Positions 26,671 to 36,190 of a stretch of DNA of 64,000 nt are shown in pieces. The stretch covers positions 124,001-188,000 of the IMG/VR virus record IMGVR_UViG_3300043446_004613, one strand, 5' to 3'. The position numbers and the translations under genes are program-made. The first letter of the stretch is position 1. The number at the start of each line of letters is the position of its first letter. The notes under the pieces were generated by a model. That model ran no database searches. It was not told the origin of the DNA and saw only the letters and a program-made list of their open reading frames with translations.

Positions 26671-28968
26671 ATGACGATTACACCAAAAACCTTTCCGGGG
26701 GTTTACACGACTATTGTCGACAAATCCTTTTTTACTCCGGCGACCAGCCGCTTCAAACCCGGTTTGCTCGGTGTCGCCTCAAAAGGGCCGTTTGACGTGC
26801 CAACCCCGGTGCAGTCACTCAAGGACTTTGTCAACGCGTTTGGCCGTCCGATCACGACGACCTACTCGACGGACGCGACCAGCCGCATCACGACCCCAGA
26901 CGGTAACGGCTACTTTCTCGCTGACGCCGTGGACGCGATCACGGATTACACCGACGCGATCACGATCGTGCGCATCGGTAACCGCTACACGGAACTTCAA
27001 CCTTCCGACGCAATTTCCGGTGCAAACAACTACACGGTGTACAGCCCGTCAAACGCACCTCGGATTCAGCAGCTGATCGTGGATAACGACGGCCCGGTAT
27101 ATCTGCGTCTTACGCAGCCCGGCCTCCACTCGACAGTCAATGTTCTGGCTATCTCAGCCACAGGTACAACCATTGCGCTTGACCCGAGCAGCGACGGTAT
27201 GGCTGACGCCTACGGCCCCAATGCGACGATCTCGTACAGTCTTACGGACAAGGCAGCCAATAAAGCGGAAGGCGTTCTCTACGCTTACACCTACGGCACC
27301 GATGCAACTGACTATGCAGACGCGCTATTCACGTCTGTCGGTTCCATCTCTGGCAACAAGAATCAGTTCCAGTTCTACTGCGCATCTGATGCGGACAACA
27401 TTGCTGTCGGTGATGTTTTCAAGATCAAGGAAACGAACAAAGACACGTCGTACGAAGTGCGTGTTCGCGGTTTGCTCATTGACTACCTGAACAACAACGC
27501 TGGTACGGTCTATCTTGAAAAGACGGACATGCCGCAGATCGGCTATCAAGCGCTGCCGTTGCAAGACAACTACTCCAATGCCCAGCTGTACAAGCCCACC
27601 GGCAAGCTTCCGGCTCTTCGCCTCAAGGCGACCACGGAAGGCACATGGGCCAACGGCGCAAATTCCTCGCAAGGTCTTTACCTGCGCGTACGCCCCGGTT
27701 CTGACGGCGGTACCAAGAAGCTTGAAGTCTACTGGGATTCAGCGCTTGTTGAAACCCACGACAATATCACAGACGATCCGGCTGATACCGTCAATTTCTG
27801 GGAAGCCCGCTTGGCCAAAGGCAAGAGCCAGTTCGTTTACCTCGACGAAGATGCAGGCGTTACCGACTTGATTACCGGAGATTGGACTTGCGCCAACACG
27901 GTTCATCCGTGGGATGCCCGTTTCTTCGGCACTACCGCAACTCCCGGCCTGCCGGTTCCGATGCCGCTCGGTGCAACCAACGCCGGTATCTTGAACGTCG
28001 CAGTGAATACCATCGAAGACACTGGCGGTCAGTTTATCAATGGTTACAACGGCGAAAATCCGAACGATTCCGACTGGATTGGTACGCTCGACCCGACGAC
28101 AGACACCATGACCGGTATCCGTGCTTTTGAAGACACCGACACGGTTGAAATCAACTATCTCGCCGCGCCGATGGACAACATCAGCTTTGCGGTGATGGAA
28201 CAGATGGGCCGTACCTGCGCCAAGGTCAATGCGATGGCCGTTTGCGACGTGCCTGCTCAGTACAACGCTCGCGAAGCGATTGACTGGCACAATGGCAAGC
28301 TGCCGACTCAGGACGGTACCCGGATCGACAACCGCAACGTTGCGGTCTATTGGAATTGGTTCATGCGCACCAATAGCTGGGCTGAAACAAAGTTTGTGCC
28401 TCCGACGGTTGGATTGCTGGCACGTACCGGCTACACCTTCAACGCGGACAAGCCGTGGTATGCTGTCGCTGGCGAAACTCGCGGCTATCTCCAGATGGCT
28501 GAAAAGGTCGCGTTTGACCGCGTGTCTGATGACACCAAGCAGGCGATGTACGGTAACGGCAACAGCATTAACCCGATCCTCAAGATCAAGGGCAACCACT
28601 ACCTGTACGGTGAACGCACAATGCAACGTGCCGAAAGCAAGCTTACGGCAGTTCATAACGTTGTTCTCGTGAACTGGGTTGTAACCGGTATGGCGAACGT
28701 CGCCCGCCGCTTCGTGTTTGATCCGAACGACGCTGAATTGCTGATCCAGCTGAAGCTGGCGTTCACCGAGTTCCTTGACCGCATCGCTAACGATCGCGGC
28801 ATCGAACAGTACAATCTGGTCATGGATGATCGGAATAACACGGCTGAGACTCGCAATAACCGCGAAGTTTTAGTCGACTTGGAGATTATTCCGACCGACG
28901 TGGCGGAACGTATCTACATCAACGCGACTGTTCGCGAAAGCGGCGCAGTCCTGAACCGTTTAGTCTAA
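26671..28968 (+). CDS. contractile tail sheath protein (gp18-like)
   Basis: FPGVYTTIVD start; WYAVAG.TRG, INPI, YGERT and FVFDPND C-terminal sheath motifs. Confidence 0.93.
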   Translation: MTITPKTFPGVYTTIVDKSFFTPATSRFKPGLLGVASKGPFDVPTPVQSLKDFVNAFGRPITTTYSTDATSRITTPDGNGYFLADAVDAITDYTDAITIVRIGNRYTELQPSDAISGANNYTVYSPSNAPRIQQLIVDNDGPVYLRLTQPGLHSTVNVLAISATGTTIALDPSSDGMADAYGPNATISYSLTDKAANKAEGVLYAYTYGTDATDYADALFTSVGSISGNKNQFQFYCASDADNIAVGDVFKIKETNKDTSYEVRVRGLLIDYLNNNAGTVYLEKTDMPQIGYQALPLQDNYSNAQLYKPTGKLPALRLKATTEGTWANGANSSQGLYLRVRPGSDGGTKKLEVYWDSALVETHDNITDDPADTVNFWEARLAKGKSQFVYLDEDAGVTDLITGDWTCANTVHPWDARFFGTTATPGLPVPMPLGATNAGILNVAVNTIEDTGGQFINGYNGENPNDSDWIGTLDPTTDTMTGIRAFEDTDTVEINYLAAPMDNISFAVMEQMGRTCAKVNAMAVCDVPAQYNAREAIDWHNGKLPTQDGTRIDNRNVAVYWNWFMRTNSWAETKFVPPTVGLLARTGYTFNADKPWYAVAGETRGYLQMAEKVAFDRVSDDTKQAMYGNGNSINPILKIKGNHYLYGERTMQRAESKLTAVHNVVLVNWVVTGMANVARRFVFDPNDAELLIQLKLAFTEFLDRIANDRGIEQYNLVMDDRNNTAETRNNREVLVDLEIIPTDVAERIYINATVRESGAVLNRLV

Positions 28969-28972
28969 TCTT

Positions 28973-29614
28973 ATGTCAAAGATGAACTTCAACAATACGT
29001 TCGGCGCTATTTCAGACGCCAACGCTATTGACCTGCAACGCAGCGACCTGTGGAAAGTGGACATTGTCTTGCCACAGGTGCTGAACGCGAACTGGAACGA
29101 CAACGTGCAGTTCTTGCTCGAAAAGTTTCCGTTCCCGACCCGCGAACGCGAAATGATCGAGGTCAAGTACATGCAGCAGACCAACTTCATTATCGGGAAG
29201 GACACTCCGACAAACGCCATCGAAATTCCCGTCCGCTACGCTTTCGGTGTCAAAGTCGTCGAAGCGCTCGAAAAATGGAATTGGCTCGTTGCCAACCCGA
29301 TCACAGGTGGTATCGGTCTGACCTCGCAATGCAAAGCCAAAGGCAGCATGCGCTGGGTTGTACCGAACATGCAGAACCAAGTGAACGCCCTGAGCAACAA
29401 CGTTGCTGCCGGGGAGAACACGATGGACGACGGCTTGGTTTACAACCTTGAGGGCTGCATCATCAAAGGACTCAAATACTCAGATGCTGACATGACGCAG
29501 AGCGGTTATGTGAACATCATGTTCAATCTCCAGATCGATCGCTACTATCCGGCTGGCAAGTCTCGCAACGGCGCTCTGGATGACACAATCGTCAATCCTG
29601 TTGTTGCGCGGTGA
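28973..29614 (+). CDS. tail tube protein (gp19-like)
   Basis: directly after the sheath; FPTREREMIEV and YSDADM..VNIMFNLQID tube pattern. Confidence 0.8.
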   Translation: MSKMNFNNTFGAISDANAIDLQRSDLWKVDIVLPQVLNANWNDNVQFLLEKFPFPTREREMIEVKYMQQTNFIIGKDTPTNAIEIPVRYAFGVKVVEALEKWNWLVANPITGGIGLTSQCKAKGSMRWVVPNMQNQVNALSNNVAAGENTMDDGLVYNLEGCIIKGLKYSDADMTQSGYVNIMFNLQIDRYYPAGKSRNGALDDTIVNPVVAR

Positions 29615-30012
29615 AAATTGACGTATACAGCGAAGCGGTACTTCGGGTGCTCCCCGAAGTACCTGATCTCCCTCTGGAGGCACCGCCTGCGGAGGGCTTC
29701 GATCTTGTCGATGTCTGCATCTGTCCGGCCTGCGGCGGCCAAGACGCCGCTGTGAAGAAAGTGGAGGATGCGGAAGTTGCTAAATGCCCACAGTGCCAGT
29801 GTGAATTCTCGCCACGCTTGGAAGCTGTATCGGCGCAAGTCATTCGCCGTATTGGTGAGCACCGTGCCCGGCGCATGAGCCGCTTCCTTGAGTCATTGCC
29901 GTTGAATCCACCGCCGGGTGTAAATCCAAAAGATTACTCACTTTTCCGTAAAATCGTCGATACTGAGCCTTTGGCTGTTGAAAACCCTGAATCCGAACTT
30001 GAAAATGAATAA
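29611..30012 (+). CDS. zinc-ribbon protein
   Basis: CPACG...CPQCQ pairs. Confidence 0.55.
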   Translation: MKIDVYSEAVLRVLPEVPDLPLEAPPAEGFDLVDVCICPACGGQDAAVKKVEDAEVAKCPQCQCEFSPRLEAVSAQVIRRIGEHRARRMSRFLESLPLNPPPGVNPKDYSLFRKIVDTEPLAVENPESELENE

Positions 30013-30781
30013 ACTTATCGAAGCTGCTGTTGTTGAACCGCAGTACAGCAAAACAGAGCGTGAATTTGATCCTCGTCATCTCATGAGCAAGCTAGATGCT
30101 ATACATCGCCGCTTTGTAGATGAGCGCGTAGCTGGCTTTACGACTCCTGAAGGTGTCACTCACCCACCCTGTTCACGTGAAGAGGCTGAAGCTCGTTGGG
30201 CTAAAGCGGAGCAGGCCTTTATGAACGCGCTTTCAGGAAACGTTGCACCTGAGCACCGTGAAAACAGTAAAAGTTTGCAGCATAAGCTGGGACTTACCCG
30301 GCCTAAGTTAACAGGCGCGATTTACCGCGATGATCCAACCGTTCCAGACACGGAACCAGAAACTGACTGGGAAAGCTACGAAAAATCGTGGCATAAGCAG
30401 GAAAGTAACGTGAGCGCTGTCGTGCGTACGCTTGTAACCGAAGCGATCGATATGCCTACGCCCGAGTGGGAAATAGATAAACATTTTTTTGATCAGGCAC
30501 TGCACAGTATCCGCAGCCGCTTTGTAGATGAGCGCGTATCTGGTTTTATGACGCCTGACGGTGTCAAACATCCGCCGGTTTCGCGTGAAGAGGCGGAAGC
30601 TCGTTGGGCTAAAGCAGAGAATGTTTTCAAAAAAGCGCTTATGAATCCATCGCCAAAAGCGGCGAAAAGCTTGAAACTTGGACGTAAACTCAGCCCGTAC
30701 GAGCGCGGCATGCGCGATGAGCCTTCGCTACGTCGCGGCGAGTCAAAATCCAGTTCTATCGTGCGGAAGATGATTTCTTGA
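30005..30781 (+). CDS. internal-repeat hypothetical protein
   Basis: two copies of RFVDERVxGFxTPxGVxHPPxSREEAEARWAKAE. Confidence 0.65.
   Translation: MNKLIEAAVVEPQYSKTEREFDPRHLMSKLDAIHRRFVDERVAGFTTPEGVTHPPCSREEAEARWAKAEQAFMNALSGNVAPEHRENSKSLQHKLGLTRPKLTGAIYRDDPTVPDTEPETDWESYEKSWHKQESNVSAVVRTLVTEAIDMPTPEWEIDKHFFDQALHSIRSRFVDERVSGFMTPDGVKHPPVSREEAEARWAKAENVFKKALMNPSPKAAKSLKLGRKLSPYERGMRDEPSLRRGESKSSSIVRKMIS
30110..30618 (+). repeat. about 100-bp intragenic direct repeat (30110-30210 and 30518-30618)
   Basis: same-frame repeat, period 408 nt. Confidence 0.85.
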
Positions 30782-30783
30782 AC

Positions 30784-31320
30784 ATGAAGCGTCCTGAAGG
30801 ATTACTAACCATCAGCGGCATCAAGGATGCCGAAGGTAAACCGCTGTCTACACAGCAAGCGGTTGACTATGGTTGGATCACGCCTTCTGCCGGAAACTTT
30901 GCTGGCTGGGGTCTTGCACGCCACGAAGTGCCTTTGGGTAAAAACCTCTTTGTGGATCAAGGGCGTCAACTCGTCGCCTACGCTTTTGGTTTCCGCAGCC
31001 CTATCTCTGACTACACGGTTCAGAAGTTTGGAGTTGGCACTGGAACTACACCGGCCAAAGTTACCGATGTTGCCCTTCAAGCGCCGATCACGCTAAGCAA
31101 TAGCTCTACGCTCAAAAACATCGATTCCGTCGATTTCCTAGCACCATTTGTTGTGCGGGTGTCTTTCACGCTAGGAAACGACGACGCCAACGGTTACATC
31201 ATCAGCGAGATGGGCCTGTTCAGCGGCGGCAGTGCGCTGATTGCGCGTAAAGTCCGCAGCGTAAGCATCAACAAAACTTCCGACTACTCTCCGACATTGA
31301 CGTGGCGCATCCGGTTCTAA
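30784..31320 (+). CDS. tail-fibre/baseplate attachment protein (tail-collar fibre N-terminal-like)
   Basis: FGVGTGTTPA.VTDVAL, ISEMGLF and KTSDYSPTLTWRIRF pattern. Confidence 0.65.
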   Translation: MKRPEGLLTISGIKDAEGKPLSTQQAVDYGWITPSAGNFAGWGLARHEVPLGKNLFVDQGRQLVAYAFGFRSPISDYTVQKFGVGTGTTPAKVTDVALQAPITLSNSSTLKNIDSVDFLAPFVVRVSFTLGNDDANGYIISEMGLFSGGSALIARKVRSVSINKTSDYSPTLTWRIRF

Positions 31321-31324
31321 TTCG

Positions 31325-31331
31325 GTTCTTA
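31325..31331 (+). promoter_or_regulatory. GTTCTTA upstream motif (one of 9 exact copies, see findings)
   Basis: ends 5 nt before ATG 31337. Confidence 0.55.
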
Positions 31332-31336
31332 CCGGC

Positions 31337-31999
31337 ATGGAACACTCGCTATTAACGGTACCTCAGTTTGCACAGCATGTGCAGGACGCTATAGACAAAG
31401 CCTCTAAAAATGAGCATCGGCTCGACGATGAAACGCTGGCCGTAAAAGGATTCAGCACCGCGCACATGCGGAAGTTATACAACAACCTGTGCGCATATCC
31501 GGGCATGACTTACCTTGAAATAGGGCTTTGGTGTGGCGCGTCTTTCACAGCGGCGTGCTGTAATAACAAGCAACTTACCGCTTACGGAATCGAAAACTTT
31601 GATCAGAGTTTCGGCCTCGACAGTGTTCGCTACGAGTTGACTGTCAACCTCAACAACTTAAAGGCCAAGGCGGGTGATATAACAACACTGTTTACAGACT
31701 GCTGGCAGTGCGGCCCGGAACAGATCAAGCAACCTGTCGACTACTTTTTCTACGACGGTCATCACGACACACAGTGGCAGCTTAAAGCGCTGCCTCATTT
31801 CTTGCCCTGCATGTCGAACGTGTTTTTGTACGGTGTCGACGACTATAACTGGCCTGCTGTCCGCAAAGGCACAGAAGAAGCTTTCAGCAACCTTGCCGAC
31901 AAAATTGTAACAGAGCGCTCATGGGTGTGGGAAACACCCGGAAATGACGATCCAACGTTCCATAACGGTTTGGCGCTTTTTCTGTGCCGTAAGGTATGA
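31337..31999 (+). CDS. class I SAM-dependent methyltransferase (Methyltransf_24-like)
   Basis: YLEIGLWCGAS, FFYDGHHD and VDDYNW motifs. Confidence 0.8.
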   Translation: MEHSLLTVPQFAQHVQDAIDKASKNEHRLDDETLAVKGFSTAHMRKLYNNLCAYPGMTYLEIGLWCGASFTAACCNNKQLTAYGIENFDQSFGLDSVRYELTVNLNNLKAKAGDITTLFTDCWQCGPEQIKQPVDYFFYDGHHDTQWQLKALPHFLPCMSNVFLYGVDDYNWPAVRKGTEEAFSNLADKIVTERSWVWETPGNDDPTFHNGLALFLCRKV

Positions 32000-32760
32000 T
32001 CTCTGTTGTCGTAAACCTCGATACGCGTCCCGGATGGAAACTAGAAGCGACTCTGGCAACAAGTACGCTCAACGGAACACGCTCAGTCGATTTTTTCACT
32101 GAGGGCTTGATCAATAAGCGAAAATTCTTTGCAGGACATGAAATCGAACTGATTGCTTACGTAGACGAGCACGAGCCTCTGGATGTTGCCGTAAGCGGCG
32201 CGGATAAGCTGGTGGTTGTACCACACAGCAAGGAACGCTACCGCTGGAACGACCATGTTTATCTGGATGCGCTGGCACACGCACAAGGCGACTACGTCTG
32301 TCACTTTGATCAGGATACGGTGGCGTTTTGTGTTGATGGTGCTGTTATCGAGCAATACCTCAAGTTGCTTGACTCCGGCGTCGCTAACTTTGTCAGCCTC
32401 CCTTTGCCATCTGAGCGGACAGATACCTATTGGTGGGCCAGCACACGGTTTTTCATCACCAAGCGGGAATTTTTACCGCTGGACGAAATTCGTCACTACA
32501 TCACTGATCCGCAGGCTCTCGTTGAAAAATACCGTTGGCCCGGAATATCTTCTTTCCCGTGCTTAGAGCACCTGCTTGGAGCAATGAACGCAGGTAAAGT
32601 GCTCTATCCGGTTCAAGATGGTAAGGCTCACATCTACTCATGGTACAACTATCGTCAGGGTGTGCTCGCTGATATGAACCGATTGAGCTACCCAGAGGTC
32701 TGTGCTTTCATTGAAAGCAAATGCGGTACCGGCGGTGCTGGTGAGCTTTACCTGAAATGA
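31996..32760 (+). CDS. putative GT-A fold glycosyltransferase
   Basis: ISVVVNL start, DYVCHFDQD (DxD); sits between two methyltransferases. Confidence 0.5.
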   Translation: MISVVVNLDTRPGWKLEATLATSTLNGTRSVDFFTEGLINKRKFFAGHEIELIAYVDEHEPLDVAVSGADKLVVVPHSKERYRWNDHVYLDALAHAQGDYVCHFDQDTVAFCVDGAVIEQYLKLLDSGVANFVSLPLPSERTDTYWWASTRFFITKREFLPLDEIRHYITDPQALVEKYRWPGISSFPCLEHLLGAMNAGKVLYPVQDGKAHIYSWYNYRQGVLADMNRLSYPEVCAFIESKCGTGGAGELYLK

Positions 32761-33338
32761 AAACGATTATTCACGTCGGCTGCGGCCCGATCTACATGGA
32801 GTCTGATAGGAACTACCGCTGGATAAACATGGACATCAATCCAGCTTTTAAGGCGGATATTACAGGTGATTGTAGACAGCTTAGCGTTCTGATTGGGAAT
32901 AACGTCGGTGACTACTTGTGGTCGTGCCATCATCTGGAGCATCTGCCTTACCCGGACGGTGTCCAAGAGACATTGCGCCAGTTCCTAGCGGTGCTTAAAC
33001 CCGGAGGAATTGCGCGTATCGCCACACCTGACCTTGAAACAGTAGCGCAGGCTTACTGTGACGGCAGCAGCTTGAAGTTCATCTACGGCGAAGACTTCAA
33101 GGGCTACGCGCATATCGACTGTCCGGCGGAGCGGTTCTTGTTTTTCATGCGTGCGTGGGAACACACGTTTATCCCCGATTTCGTCCTTTTGTCTACACTT
33201 ATGCGTGAAGCAGGCTTTGAAAACGTCCGCCGTTGTACCGCAAATCAAAGCGCCATACCCGGCTGGTGCCATGACCGGTTTCAATCTGAGAGCCTATACA
33301 TTGAAGGACAGAAACCTGCGCAGACCGAGTGTATTTAG
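32757..33338 (+). CDS. class I SAM-dependent methyltransferase
   Basis: IHVGCG, NMDI, HHLEHL and LKPGGIARIATPD motifs. Confidence 0.82.
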   Translation: MKTIIHVGCGPIYMESDRNYRWINMDINPAFKADITGDCRQLSVLIGNNVGDYLWSCHHLEHLPYPDGVQETLRQFLAVLKPGGIARIATPDLETVAQAYCDGSSLKFIYGEDFKGYAHIDCPAERFLFFMRAWEHTFIPDFVLLSTLMREAGFENVRRCTANQSAIPGWCHDRFQSESLYIEGQKPAQTECI

Positions 33339-33344
33339 ATCAGT

Positions 33345-33698
33345 ATGATGATTCACGTTACAGATTCACAGGTGGTCGGCGAAACCCAGAGCACGCTTTT
33401 CAGTGTGCTTCAGTCGGGGCCGATCAACATGGCCCTTTTCATCAAAAATTCAGGTGTAAACACGATGAACTACCGCTTGCAGGAGTTCAACGGAACCGCT
33501 TGGGTTGACCTCGGTAACTCCGGCAGCGACTACTACAACACTTTGTCACCAAACGAAGTGAAGTTGGTTAAGGTCGTTTCATCGTACCCGCAGGTACAGA
33601 TGGTCGGCAACGCTTCCGGCGGCGCGTTCTTGGAGTTCTCAATCGACCGCTACTTCAACCGTCCTTCGGGCGGGGCGCTGCCGATTCTGAACCTCTAA
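33345..33698 (+). CDS. putative virion beta-sandwich protein (paralog of 22114 and 50680 genes)
   Basis: MALFIKNSGVNTMNYRLQEFNG motif. Confidence 0.55.
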   Translation: MMIHVTDSQVVGETQSTLFSVLQSGPINMALFIKNSGVNTMNYRLQEFNGTAWVDLGNSGSDYYNTLSPNEVKLVKVVSSYPQVQMVGNASGGAFLEFSIDRYFNRPSGGALPILNL

Positions 33699-34519
33699 TC
33701 TGAGTAGTAGGGGTAGACCTGACGATAATACAGGTCAATCTGCGGGACATCGAGTTTATCGACTTCAGCAGGTTTGCGTAGTTTCAAATGTGCCGGGCTT
33801 GGAACGCCCGGCACATCGTTTCTAAGCAATGTGCGCTCAAGGGCGACGTAGAATTCATCGGCTTGCGTAGGCGGAAGCTGACTGACGATTGTATCCATCG
33901 CTTCTTGAAACTTCATTTCCGGTGTAACAGCCTCAAACAGTTTCCGGCACTTCTTTTCGCCGTAACCGTGTACACCCTTGATGTTGTCGACAGAGTCACC
34001 CGTAACCGCCAGCGAAAGCGCAATCTGACTGGGACGCTTGATGTTTGGGAATTTCTTCAGGATCGTGGCTCGTGACAGAACAGCCTTATCGTGCAGCGAA
34101 TAATACTGGCAGCGTTCAGACATCAGCTGCATCAGGTCTTTGTCGCCTGATACGATGTATACGATGTCTTCCGGTGCTTTTTGGGCGCATACCGTGGCTA
34201 CGATGTCGTCGCCTTCAGCAGAGTCATTCTCCACGTTAGCTGCCCCGAGTATTTCACGCAGAATCTCCTTTAGGCGGTCTTTTGTCGCGTGGTAAGCTGG
34301 AGGCTTTGGGTCGCGATTTTTCGCTTTATTTTGCTGGCCGTCCCATGCGAACAAGATGCGATCAAACGTAAGCCCGATCTTGTTCGTGCCCGGATTCAGG
34401 AGCAGTAGCACGGAATTGATCGCCAGCCGCAAGGCTTCGCGAGGATCAGGGTTGTTGCGCTGGGCAGCAAACCACGACCTCGCGTAGAGACTGTTGGCGT
34501 CAAATACTAAGTCAGTCAT
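33695..34519 (-). CDS. 5'-3' exonuclease / flap endonuclease (PolI N-terminal, T4 RNase H-like)
   Basis: VFDANSL, AWDG, EGDD, SGDKDLMQL and GDSVDNIKGV.GYGEK motifs; ATG 34519. Confidence 0.9.
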   Translation of the reverse strand: MTDLVFDANSLYARSWFAAQRNNPDPREALRLAINSVLLLLNPGTNKIGLTFDRILFAWDGQQNKAKNRDPKPPAYHATKDRLKEILREILGAANVENDSAEGDDIVATVCAQKAPEDIVYIVSGDKDLMQLMSERCQYYSLHDKAVLSRATILKKFPNIKRPSQIALSLAVTGDSVDNIKGVHGYGEKKCRKLFEAVTPEMKFQEAMDTIVSQLPPTQADEFYVALERTLLRNDVPGVPSPAHLKLRKPAEVDKLDVPQIDLYYRQVYPYYSD

Positions 34520-34695
34520 CGTTTTGAGGCTTGTCGATTTTCTTCTTCTACGCGTTCGTTGCGCCAAACGGCAAACTGTTTAAGGATGTCGTCCGGCAAA
34601 TCGTTCATGATTAGCGATAGACCTTTACCGTCCCACGCTAAGTCGAACATCAGGCGGTATCTGGCGATGCGGCTCGTCCGAGCCGCTTCAACGAA
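34516..34695 (-). CDS. +1-frame extension of the tail assembly chaperone (or small separate gene from ATG 34650)
   Basis: 59 open codons starting at the TTTTTTC run and ending in an ATGA overlap with the exonuclease start. Confidence 0.6.
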   Translation of the reverse strand, partial: FVEAARTSRIARYRLMFDLAWDGKGLSLIMNDLPDDILKQFAVWRNERVEEENRQASKR

Positions 34696-35452
34696 AAAAC
34701 TCGCTATCGAAGCTCAACGGAAACGTGAACGAGCGACCGCACGCTGCTTCATCGCACTTGTGCGGAATGTTCGTATCAAGGTGTGGCGTGATCTTACGTC
34801 CCTCATCGTCAAGGAACTTACAATCACGCGGACTCAACGCACGGAACCACTGAATCATTTCATCCAAATTATCCGGCTTACTGTCGTTGATCTCAACGAT
34901 ACGTAGAATCGTACGCAGTTCACCATCAGGCACCGCATCGCGATTCGCACGCTGGCCGATAATGACCTTCTCGTCGGCGATCAATAGCGGACGCAGTTTA
35001 ACAACGTCCTTCACATCCGGCAGTGTAACCGTGTCGTAGCCGGGATAGCCGACAGCTTTTTCGCCAATTTTTCCAAGCTCGTCTGGAACTTTTATCGTCT
35101 CTTCAGTCTTGCTACCGCAGTACGGACACTGAGCAGTGTATACAACTGCCCCGTCCGTAGTCAAGGCACGACTGACAAGAAGCACCACATTGATTTCATC
35201 GGCCACGAAGTTGTCCAGCTTGCCGCCGTTCAAATCAGCTACCTGTCCGAGCAGGCCGAAGATCAAGTCTTGGCGGGAGAGCTTGCGCAGGTTGTCAACG
35301 ATCCACTGGTCAATCGTATTATCCCAAGGGTAAATCGTCAGCTTTCCACCCGCCCACGCAGGATCGTTGAATCCCTTGGAGAGAAGCGTGATTTCTTTCT
35401 TATACTGCTGGCGGCGCGGCGTCAGCGACTTCAGATTGGTTTTAATAGCCAT
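34688..35452 (-). CDS. baseplate hub / tail assembly chaperone (T4 gp26-like)
   Basis: CPYCG, VKLRPLLIADE, and C-terminal C...ACG...PLSFDSEFF. Confidence 0.7.
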   Translation of the reverse strand: MAIKTNLKSLTPRRQQYKKEITLLSKGFNDPAWAGGKLTIYPWDNTIDQWIVDNLRKLSRQDLIFGLLGQVADLNGGKLDNFVADEINVVLLVSRALTTDGAVVYTAQCPYCGSKTEETIKVPDELGKIGEKAVGYPGYDTVTLPDVKDVVKLRPLLIADEKVIIGQRANRDAVPDGELRTILRIVEINDSKPDNLDEMIQWFRALSPRDCKFLDDEGRKITPHLDTNIPHKCDEAACGRSFTFPLSFDSEFFR

Positions 35453-35472
35453 ACAAGGTAGAACGGCAAAAG

Positions 35473-36189
35473 TCAGGTTTTAGGCAGATAAATCGGATCG
35501 GTGATAGGCTGTGGTTCAGCCTGAACTGTTCCTTGCACGTTAGCCGTGATATTCCCGCCTGTAACGAAGTCGCTAAGCTGGGTTTGCGGGAAGTTGATAA
35601 CCGGTACTGGTATCGGCACTTTAACCATGATTGGCGGCGGTGCAGGAAACGGTATTGTGACGGTATAGTCGGCACCCACAGCGATGTTTGGAAGTTCCAG
35701 TTGAAAGGTCGGCACATCGACAACAACTGGTGTCTTTTTAGCCACCAGCTGGATGTTCAGCACGATGACAAACCCAATCTTGATCACGATGCTGACGGTA
35801 AGCTCTGGGATAGCCTGCACCAGTTTTATCGCGTCATTTACGATGTTCTGCACTCGTTTTACGATATTTGACGTAAGCCAGAGAGTTGCCTCTGGAATAC
35901 CGAGAGCCGTCAGTGCAGGGAGGACGAAATCGCCCAAAAGGTTGAGGTTAAGGCTCAGGTTAAGGAATGGAACAGGAATCTGAACGACGATCGTGTAGTT
36001 GTATGCGGCGGTAGCGCCACTGTCTGTACGGATTACAGTGCTGTCCGTCGTTACACCGTAGGACGTCAATCCGGCACTACTGGTCAGCGTGCTTGTTCCG
36101 TAGTTGCCGTTCAGCGTAAAAGTTGGATTGTCCAGTGTCGGGCCGGTATAGCTGGCACTGTTGGTTCCTGAATCGTATACAGTAGGCAT
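35473..36189 (-). CDS. hypothetical baseplate-associated protein
   Basis: 238 aa directly after the spike gene; Thr-rich start, hydrophobic middle, Pro-rich end. Confidence 0.5.
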   Translation of the reverse strand: MPTVYDSGTNSASYTGPTLDNPTFTLNGNYGTSTLTSSAGLTSYGVTTDSTVIRTDSGATAAYNYTIVVQIPVPFLNLSLNLNLLGDFVLPALTALGIPEATLWLTSNIVKRVQNIVNDAIKLVQAIPELTVSIVIKIGFVIVLNIQLVAKKTPVVVDVPTFQLELPNIAVGADYTVTIPFPAPPPIMVKVPIPVPVINFPQTQLSDFVTGGNITANVQGTVQAEPQPITDPIYLPKT

Positions 36190-36190
36190 G

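Noticed and set aside
21418-28656. Long minus-strand ORFs 21418-22542 and 27739-28656
   Set aside because: Shadows of real plus-strand genes
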